From: Eubacteriales bacterium
Lineage (GTDB): Bacteria; Bacillota; Clostridia; Lachnospirales; Lachnospiraceae
DNA: 64,000 nt
Reading direction: 5' to 3'
Assembly (NCBI GenBank): GCA_030524715.1
Contig: JAUNGB010000020.1
Span: 306-64,305, forward strand
Shown: positions 50,316-57,862 of the stretch, in pieces
Numbering within the stretch: the first letter of the stretch is position 1
How the letters are laid out: each line of letters begins with the position of its first letter
Made by a program: the position numbers and the translations under genes
Notes under the pieces: generated by a model
What the model was told of the DNA's origin: nothing
The model's input: the letters and a program-made list of their open reading frames with translations, nothing else
The model's database searches: none

Positions 50316-51215
50316 ATGTCTAAACGTAAACTGGAAGAATTAAATTTATTGGATGATTTCCTATTTGGTACAATGGTAACCTACCCCGAAATTGGAGAAA
50401 GCTTTGTACGTGAAATCCTGAAAACGATTTTTCAAAGAAATTTCGGCAGTCTCACTGTAATTTCGCAAAAAGTCTACTACGGCAGTGATACGGACAAACA
50501 CGGGGCGCGTCTGGATGTTTATATTGAAGAAGAAAACCCGGATGATGGGGCCATTGTCTATGATGTAGATCCTGAAAATAAAACAGACCAGGAATCATTG
50601 GATGCACTCCCGTTTCGAGTTCGGTTTTATCATGCAAAAATCGACTCAAAAAGTTTGAAATCCGGTCAAAGCTATCGGTTCTTAAAAAAAGTTTTTGTCA
50701 TCATGATCATGCCAAAGGATCCTTTCGGAAAAAACCGCATGATCTATACCATACGCAATATGTGTGAGGAAGATCCTTCCATGCCCTATGACGACGGCGC
50801 CAGAACCATCTTCTTATATACAAAGGGCACGGAGGGAAAAACTCCGGAAGAACTGAGGCAGCTTCTCCACTATATGGAGGATACGAAAGAAGAAAATGCT
50901 GTAAATGAAAAGCTTCGCCATATGCACGAAATGGTAAAAAAAGTGAAGCAGGATGAGGAGGTGTCACTGGAATATATGAAAATTTTTGAACATGAAGAAA
51001 TGCTTATCAGGCAGGGCCGTAAAGAAGAACAGGCAAATACGGAACGTGAACGTCAAAGAGCTGATGACGCCGAACAGAGGGCTGATGATGCTGAACGGCG
51101 GGCTGATAGCGCTGAACAGAGGGCTGATGATGCCGAACGGCGAGCTGATAAGGTCGAGCAGGAAAACATCCGTCTGAGAGAAGAACTGGAGAAATTAAAA
51201 AAATCATCCCAATAA
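50316..51215 (+). CDS. Rpn family recombination-promoting nuclease / PD-(D/E)XK putative transposase
   Basis: LNLLDDFLFG, GARLDVY, R.RFYHA.ID...L.SG..Y and DPFG motifs; C-terminal coiled-coil repeats. Confidence 0.88.
   Translation: MSKRKLEELNLLDDFLFGTMVTYPEIGESFVREILKTIFQRNFGSLTVISQKVYYGSDTDKHGARLDVYIEEENPDDGAIVYDVDPENKTDQESLDALPFRVRFYHAKIDSKSLKSGQSYRFLKKVFVIMIMPKDPFGKNRMIYTIRNMCEEDPSMPYDDGARTIFLYTKGTEGKTPEELRQLLHYMEDTKEENAVNEKLRHMHEMVKKVKQDEEVSLEYMKIFEHEEMLIRQGRKEEQANTERERQRADDAEQRADDAERRADSAEQRADDAERRADKVEQENIRLREELEKLKKSSQ
51057..51150 (+). repeat. 21-bp tandem repeats (RADDAEQ/RADDAER/RADSAEQ)
   Basis: About 4.5 heptad units in the Rpn C-terminus. Confidence 0.9.
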
Positions 51216-51359
51216 CAGACATCAGCCCCGTGAATTTGGGAAAATCTATTAAGATAAAACGTTAATTTGTAAAAATCTGCCGGAAGTGCTATAATAAAAC
51301 GGAAAAAGAGTTTTAAAATAAGAAATAGATTCCAGCTATGCGGTTGGAACATATTCGAG

Positions 51360-52085
51360 GTGACACCAATGAAGAGACATCCGTTTCATATAGCCGTCTG
51401 TGATGATGAAGCGGCGGACAGAGATCAGATCAGGGAAATGACAGAAGAGGCATGCCGGACAGAAAAAATCCAGGCGGAGGTCTTCTGCTATGAGACAGCA
51501 AGGGAACTTTTGGATGAGATACAGAACGGGAAAGAGTATGAGGTACTTCTGTTGGATGTGCTGATGCCGGCACAGGATGGAATGGAACTGGCAAGAGCTC
51601 TGAGGAGCCAAAAGGTTGAGACAGAGATTGTGTTTATTTCCAGCAATCGGGAGATGGCGCTGCAGGGATATGAGGTGGCTGCCGTACGGTATCTGGCAAA
51701 ACCGCTGGAAATGGAAAAACTCACGGAAGCAGTGCGTTTCTGTTATGGAAAACTCCGAAGCCATGAAGAGATTCTTCTGCCGGTAGACGGATACATGAGG
51801 AAGATTGCGCCTAAAGATATTTATTATATTGAGATCATCGGAAGAAAAAGCAGGATCATGCAGGAAACCCAGGAATGGGATACCGGTTTTTCCATCAGGG
51901 AACTGGAAGAAATACTTTCGGGGAAGGGGTTTGTCCGGTGCCATCAGAGCTTTCTCGTAAACTTCCGCCATGTAAAAAACTTCCGCACTTCTTCCATGGA
52001 GCTTACGGACGGCCGGAGCGTTCCGGTAAGCAAGCACCGTGTCAAAGAAGTGCGGCAGGCTTTTTTTGAGTATATGAAAAACTAA
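51360..52085 (+). CDS. LytTR family response regulator 1
   Basis: IAVCDDE, LLDV.M..DG, YLAKP and FVRCHQSFLVN motifs. Confidence 0.95.
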   Translation: MTPMKRHPFHIAVCDDEAADRDQIREMTEEACRTEKIQAEVFCYETARELLDEIQNGKEYEVLLLDVLMPAQDGMELARALRSQKVETEIVFISSNREMALQGYEVAAVRYLAKPLEMEKLTEAVRFCYGKLRSHEEILLPVDGYMRKIAPKDIYYIEIIGRKSRIMQETQEWDTGFSIRELEEILSGKGFVRCHQSFLVNFRHVKNFRTSSMELTDGRSVPVSKHRVKEVRQAFFEYMKN

Positions 52086-52147
52086 AAACGTATCCAAAGA
52101 TAACAAACATATCTAAAGATAGAACATATCCGAATATAAAAATCGAA

Positions 52148-54058
52148 TCAGAGCGGGATCACTACTGTGATCCGGTAGGCGTTTTTGGTCTGTTCCACAG
52201 AGAGCATATTATCTCCGAAACGCTTCATGATCTGTCGGATGATCTTCAGTCCATACCCATGCTCCGGCGTGGGTGTTTTTTTATTGTCAGAAGCTTTATC
52301 AGGTACAGAATTTTTGCAGGAAAAGACAAAGTGCTGTGCTTTACAATGGAAATCCAGCAGAATATATGGCTTTTGGGAAACAGAAGCGGCGTTTATGGCA
52401 TTGTCCAGAATATTCAAAATCAGGGAGCAGAGCTCCGGGTCGGAAAGGGGCAGCTTTTCCGGCGCATCGCAGCGGTCAATTTCTGTTTTGATTCCTTTTG
52501 CCTTTGCTATGTTCAGTTTCCCGTTCAACAGGATATTCAAGGTCTGGTTCCGGCAGGCTATGACAGGACGTATCTGTTTCGTCTGCCCGATCAGTTCCTC
52601 CAGGTAACCGGAAATCTGTTCCGGATTGTCTTTTGCCATGGCTTGCAGCAATGTATAGTGCCGCACAGTGTCATGGCGCAGCATCATGATCTCTTCTGAC
52701 TGCAGGCGCAGGTTTTCATAGCTTTCCAGTGCAAGACGGTTCTTGGAGGACAGCACCGCAAGCTCGGTGCGCCGTCTGGACAACTGCTCGATAAAATCGA
52801 AAAGCACTGCGGCAAGGCCGGAAAGCAGGCACAGATTCCACAGAAGGGTTAAAGCAAACTTAGGAACAAGCATGATCACTCCCTGTGCCAGACGTGTAAA
52901 CACACTGGCGGCATAGCCCGGCAAAACGGGGATGCTGACAGCAAGAAACAGCAGATAGCCAATTATGAGAATCAGGGCAGTCTGAGCCATATGCCGGAAA
53001 AAAGGGATTCCCCGTTTCCAGAGAAGAAACGCCCCGATAAGCGCAGCCGCCAGTGTAAGAAATCCTGTAATCTGTGGGAGGTACATAAAAAACACATACA
53101 AATCTCCATATTCCAGAAGTTTTTCAGTCTGTATGAAAAAGGACAGCAGCACGCTGATCCACTGCAGGAGCGTAGCTCCGGCAAACAGCAGGCGCAGCCG
53201 GGAGGCATGTAAGGTAAGGAACAGCAGGAACGCCCCGACTGAAAAATAGAAAAACAGATCGGTCAGATCAATGGGAAGCGTACCAAAATACTGGAAAAAG
53301 AAATCAGCCTTCGCCAAAACACTGCACATCTGGAACAGGACGGCAAGGGCAAATATAATAGGCTTTGGCGAAAATATCCCCTGTGAAGCATTCCAGATAA
53401 ACACTGCGATCAGCAAAAGGAGCAGGGAAAATAACAGCACGGCAGGGATCATCGTCTTTGCACTGGAAGCAATCAACCCGCTTTCGTAAGCGTACCCACA
53501 GTACAGAGTTACATCACAGGGCCAGACGGTCTCGTCGTCTGGCTGTGTTTCCGAGACGCCCGTGGATTGCGCGATGGTCAGAGTTTTCCCCTGATAATCC
53601 GGAGACAGGGAGACGGTAACAGGTTCCATCCGGTCATATTCCAGCATGGGAAGGGTAAGGTATCCGATGCGGTTATCCAGTTCAGGACAGTCAGTATAGA
53701 TCATTTCCCCGTCAAGAAAAACGCTGACAGTCCGGTTGACGGCTCCTATTTTCAGCATGGGACTGTCAGATTCTTCCGTCAGTTCTTTTGAATAATAGAA
53801 AGTCTGCCCGGAATAAGAAAGCCCGGTATACCCTCCCATACCATTGGAAACCAGTTCCGTCCGCTTACCCGCTTCTTCGGTATAAACAACCCATCCGTCT
53901 CCGCCGTCCCAGTATTCTTCGCCGTCATCAACAAGCCGGAAAAGCTCGTGAGACACATCCTCCATTGGCTGCGTGTAGTAAAAGACCGCAAAAACGGCGG
54001 GGACGCAAAGCAGACCGGAGAGCAGTAATGCTAAGATTAATTTCAGTAGTCGTTTCAT
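52148..54058 (-). CDS. GHKL sensor histidine kinase 1 (AgrC/VirS-like ATPase domain; extracellular domain plus about 7 TM)
   Basis: RHD H-box, NILDNAINA N-box, HGYGLKII G-box. Confidence 0.9.
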   Translation of the reverse strand: MKRLLKLILALLLSGLLCVPAVFAVFYYTQPMEDVSHELFRLVDDGEEYWDGGDGWVVYTEEAGKRTELVSNGMGGYTGLSYSGQTFYYSKELTEESDSPMLKIGAVNRTVSVFLDGEMIYTDCPELDNRIGYLTLPMLEYDRMEPVTVSLSPDYQGKTLTIAQSTGVSETQPDDETVWPCDVTLYCGYAYESGLIASSAKTMIPAVLLFSLLLLLIAVFIWNASQGIFSPKPIIFALAVLFQMCSVLAKADFFFQYFGTLPIDLTDLFFYFSVGAFLLFLTLHASRLRLLFAGATLLQWISVLLSFFIQTEKLLEYGDLYVFFMYLPQITGFLTLAAALIGAFLLWKRGIPFFRHMAQTALILIIGYLLFLAVSIPVLPGYAASVFTRLAQGVIMLVPKFALTLLWNLCLLSGLAAVLFDFIEQLSRRRTELAVLSSKNRLALESYENLRLQSEEIMMLRHDTVRHYTLLQAMAKDNPEQISGYLEELIGQTKQIRPVIACRNQTLNILLNGKLNIAKAKGIKTEIDRCDAPEKLPLSDPELCSLILNILDNAINAASVSQKPYILLDFHCKAQHFVFSCKNSVPDKASDNKKTPTPEHGYGLKIIRQIMKRFGDNMLSVEQTKNAYRITVVIPL

Positions 54059-54144
54059 AGTATTCCCCCATTCATTTATCTTCCTATAGTGTAGTGTAAC
54101 AGGCTGGTTTTGTTTGTGTCAATGGATATGGGAAAATTAAAATG

Positions 54145-54212
54145 CCCAGTTTTGTCGCATTTTCGCCCAGCTTTGCAGAAATATTGACAGGATGAAGACA
54201 AAAAATGTAAAA
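54145..54212 (+). promoter_or_regulatory. LytTR (VirR-box-like) site, copy 4, upstream of response regulator 2
   Basis: CCCAG boxes at 54145 and 54166, TTGACA at 54184. Confidence 0.7.
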
Positions 54213-54415
54213 AGGAAACTGGCGGGAATAAAGGTTACTATTCACGGGGGTGGAGAAACATTAGATACGGAGTCTTACATCATAAGTGACGATCGTCTTT
54301 GTATAAATTGCTGAATTTAAAAAAATAGTATTGCGGAAAAACAGGTGATGTAATAGAATAAATCTGTAAATGCCGGAAAGGAAGGCTTCAGCACGCTCCG
54401 GGACAGAAAGAAATT

Positions 54416-55156
54416 ATGACAGAGAAAGAAGGCAGCAGAGAAGTGAATATATACCGTTTGGCAGTATGTGAGGATGACAGGGATATACGGGAGGAAATAC
54501 GCAGACTTTGTAGTGAATCGCTTGCAGAAGGTCAGATTGCGCATGAGATTTCCTGCTTTGCCAACGCGGAGGAACTGGAGGCAGCGCTGGAAAACCAGCA
54601 GAAGTTTGACGTATTGATTCTGGATATACGGCTGGAGCGCATGACCGGAATGGAGCTGGCTAAGAAATTACGTGGGGAGGATAACAGGATCAGCATTATT
54701 TTCATCACCGGTTACGAGGAATACCTGCGGGAAGGGTATGAGGTACAGCCTGTGCATTTCCTCCTGAAACCCATAGAGAAAAGCCGGCTAAAAGAAGCGC
54801 TCCTGACAGACTGGAAGCTGAACCATAAACCAGAGAGGGTAACGCTCAGGAGGGGAAACCGCACGCTGGGGCTTATGCTGAAGGAAATCCTCTACATAGA
54901 ATCCGGTACCAACCACAGCATCCGGATCGTGCTGGAAGGAAGAGAAGAAATGTTTCCGGTCACATTATCCGAGGCGGAACAGAAGCTGCCGGCGGAGAGC
55001 TTTATCCGCTGCCACAACAGTTATCTGGTTAATCTGGAATACGTGAGGGAGTGGAACCGTTCGGCGCTTCAGATGGCAGATGGGGTAAGGCTGCCGGTGG
55101 GCAGAAAATATTATAAAGAATGCCAGGCGGCATTTATTTCTTATATCAACCGATGA
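54416..55156 (+). CDS. LytTR family response regulator 2
   Basis: AVCEDD, ILDI....TG, FLLKP and FIRCHNSYLVN motifs. Confidence 0.95.
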   Translation: MTEKEGSREVNIYRLAVCEDDRDIREEIRRLCSESLAEGQIAHEISCFANAEELEAALENQQKFDVLILDIRLERMTGMELAKKLRGEDNRISIIFITGYEEYLREGYEVQPVHFLLKPIEKSRLKEALLTDWKLNHKPERVTLRRGNRTLGLMLKEILYIESGTNHSIRIVLEGREEMFPVTLSEAEQKLPAESFIRCHNSYLVNLEYVREWNRSALQMADGVRLPVGRKYYKECQAAFISYINR

Positions 55157-55188
55157 AAAAGAGAGTCCCGGCGGGAACTCTCTTTTTC
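55155..55188. terminator. Bidirectional terminator
   Basis: GAAAAAGAGAGT...ACTCTCTTTTTC. Confidence 0.75.
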
Positions 55189-55197
55189 ATGTCCGGC

Positions 55198-56847
55198 CTA
55201 ATCCGGTATCCGCAGGGCCGTTTCCACAGTGAAAATGCCATTGCCGTTATCGCTTATTTCAAGAACGCTGCGGTATTTTTCCGCAATCTCCTCCATCTGC
55301 TGCAGACCAAAGCCGTGTGCGCCGCTGCCTGTTTTCGTGGTCATAAGATTTCCCTTTTTATCTTTCCGGATTTCCCCACAGAAGGTGTTTTCACATTTTA
55401 TGGCAAGATAAAGGCCGACTGCCCTGATCTGAATTTCCACATAAGGCGCTGTGCCGGGGGCAACTTTTTGCGCCGCTTCCAGCGCGTTGTCCAGCATATT
55501 CATCAGCAGCGCGCACAAATCGGAATCCGGGATATTCAGGCTGTCCGGGGCATGGGCGGAGGCGGAAAAACGGATCTCCTGCCGGGCTGCTTTTGCAGCC
55601 GCACCCTGCAGGATGGTGTTGATGGTGCGGTTCCCGGTAAAGCTGGTCTGGATTTCCGGCTTGTCAAGGAGGGATGCCAGAAGCTCCCCGATCCCCTCAT
55701 AGCTGCCGTTTTCGTACAGGCATTGCAGCGCGGTAAGCTGGTGCCTGTATTCATGGCGTTGTCCGGCGTCCCGGAGCAGCCCTTCCTCCAGGGCGCGGTA
55801 GCTTTCTGTGACCAGACGGTTTTTCATCCGGAGCGCCTGTTCACCTGCCCGGTGCTCCGCAAGGCTGTTCATCACACCATAGGCGGAAATCAGGGCGGAG
55901 GCAAAGGCAAGCCACAGGGAGATCCAGTACAGGAAGCCGTTGTAGATCCCGCTCTGCAGCTCCGGAAGCAGCGCGCCGTTTATGTATCTGGAGAGATAGC
56001 CTCCATCTGAACAGGAAACCAGATAACATATCAGGAAAGCGCCTGCGCTCCATGCGGCGGCAGTCCCGAGATATTTCCAGAAACGGCGGCGACGGTTCAT
56101 GGCAAGGTAAATGAGCAGGAAGAGTACCACAAGAAGGGCAATTTCCTGCCGTCCCAGAATCCTTACGATTCCGGAGGGAAGAAAGTAGATGCCCTCCATC
56201 GGGATAATCTGGGAGATCACCAGCCCGGATGTGGCAAGCATCAGCGGGATCAGGCTGAGATCCGGCTGTTTCTGTGAAATCCCCAGAAGAAAGATCCCGA
56301 AGATAAGAAGCAGCGCAAGGGCGGCAGCCCCGGCGGGGAACGCCGCCCGGTTGGCAAATGCCGTATCCTGTATCGTATTCAGATTTTCGGGGAGGAAGCG
56401 CAAAAGGGGAGGGAACATCGCCCGCGTCCCGTCCAGAATTTCACAGGTCAGGACCAGTTCCCCGGAAACGCCTTCCGGCAGGGGGACGGTAACCTGGGAC
56501 ATGGGCCAGTCATCGGTGACAGAGGAAGCCTGCGCCTCACAGAGCGTCTCCCCATTAAGCTCCAGGGTCAGGTTAAGGCCGGTGATCTCGACAAGCAGAT
56601 ACCCGGCAGGCAGATCCTCCGGCAGCGCCCCGGTAAAGCGGTAAGTACCTGTCAGAGCGGTATTGTCGCTGTAGGTTTCAAAGGAAAACGGCTCTTCTGT
56701 GCCATCAGAAGAAATCCGGACGGAAGAACTCCAGTCAATATAGGACATGGAAACATCCACCTGGACAAAAAGGTGCAGGAACCAGATGACGGCAGCGGCA
56801 GCCAGGAAAAAAAGTGCCGGAAAAATCCAACGGACCCAACGCTTCAT
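55198..56847 (-). CDS. GHKL sensor histidine kinase 2
   Basis: RHEYRHQL H-box, NMLDNALEA and HGFGLQQM motifs; extracellular domain plus multiple TM helices. Confidence 0.9.
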   Translation of the reverse strand: MKRWVRWIFPALFFLAAAAVIWFLHLFVQVDVSMSYIDWSSSVRISSDGTEEPFSFETYSDNTALTGTYRFTGALPEDLPAGYLLVEITGLNLTLELNGETLCEAQASSVTDDWPMSQVTVPLPEGVSGELVLTCEILDGTRAMFPPLLRFLPENLNTIQDTAFANRAAFPAGAAALALLLIFGIFLLGISQKQPDLSLIPLMLATSGLVISQIIPMEGIYFLPSGIVRILGRQEIALLVVLFLLIYLAMNRRRRFWKYLGTAAAWSAGAFLICYLVSCSDGGYLSRYINGALLPELQSGIYNGFLYWISLWLAFASALISAYGVMNSLAEHRAGEQALRMKNRLVTESYRALEEGLLRDAGQRHEYRHQLTALQCLYENGSYEGIGELLASLLDKPEIQTSFTGNRTINTILQGAAAKAARQEIRFSASAHAPDSLNIPDSDLCALLMNMLDNALEAAQKVAPGTAPYVEIQIRAVGLYLAIKCENTFCGEIRKDKKGNLMTTKTGSGAHGFGLQQMEEIAEKYRSVLEISDNGNGIFTVETALRIPD

Positions 56848-57039
56848 AGAAAATCCCCCTAAAACTGATATTTCCTCCATCATACCCAAAAGAAGATTGT
56901 TTGGCAAGGAAAAACGCCGGAAATACCTAAACGACCAAAATAATACCTAAACAACATCCCACGACAGAAAAAAGTATGTTATAATCTGATTATGAAATGG
57001 AAAGAGGGGTTGACGCTTATGTTTGAGATCTGTAAAATC

Positions 57040-57068
57040 CTGACAGACAGACAGACAGACAGCATAAT
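57040..57068 (+). promoter_or_regulatory. Promoter whose spacer is a (GACA)5 simple sequence repeat
   Basis: CTGACA (57040-45)-17 bp-CATAAT (57063-68); GACA x5 at 57042-57061. Confidence 0.6.
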
Positions 57069-57187
57069 TCTGTCCTTTTTCTGTGCTTTAAATATAACCG
57101 AAAGCAAGAGGCATACCATGCCCGCAAGAAATGATTCATGCGGACAGGGTGTGCCTTTTTTCTATACCCGGCAGGAGGATTGGATTT

Positions 57188-57784
57188 ATGAAGGAGATGT
57201 ATTGGAGATATATGGTCCAGATCAAAGCCTGGCAGTTTTACCTGGAGGCGTACACGGAAAGGGCTTACCGCTGGGATAAGGGGATTAACGTGTTCGTGGC
57301 AGTGGTATCTTCTACCAGCATTGCCGGATGGGCTATATGGAACCAGTTTTCCTATGTATGGGGCGTTTTGATCGCAGTCATGCAGGTATTAACCGCTATT
57401 AAGTCTTTCCTTCCCTTTGGACAGCGGCTGCAGACACTTCCTGCCCTGCAGGGAGCTATCGCCTCTGTTTATAATAAGATTGAATACAACTGGTATCAGG
57501 TATATTCCGGGACGGCTGCAGATGAAACGATCAATCAGATGATTTACGAGTTTCGCAGCCAGTTATCCGAAATTGAGAGCAGCCATATGAAGGATCTGAT
57601 CCTGCCGGAACGCAGCGACATTAAAAAGAATGCGGACAAGAGGGCGGAAACATATTTTTCAGGATTCTTTGGAAATGTAAAACAGGATGGCGTGCTGCGG
57701 GCAGGCACAAAGGAAAATTATATGCCGCTCCCTTTATCATCAAAACTTCCGGCAACGCAGGCCAATCCCCAAATTCCGTTGTAG
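57188..57784 (+). CDS. Two-TM membrane protein, SLATT-like
   Basis: N-terminal helix, two adjacent TM helices, helical cytoplasmic tail; SD AGGAGG. Confidence 0.5.
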   Translation: MKEMYWRYMVQIKAWQFYLEAYTERAYRWDKGINVFVAVVSSTSIAGWAIWNQFSYVWGVLIAVMQVLTAIKSFLPFGQRLQTLPALQGAIASVYNKIEYNWYQVYSGTAADETINQMIYEFRSQLSEIESSHMKDLILPERSDIKKNADKRAETYFSGFFGNVKQDGVLRAGTKENYMPLPLSSKLPATQANPQIPL

Positions 57785-57862
57785 AAACTGGAAGTATGTG
57801 ATGGGAGAAGTGGGTTTCCCTGTGAGATTTTATTATTTGAAGGAGAAAAGGTGGAAAATCGG

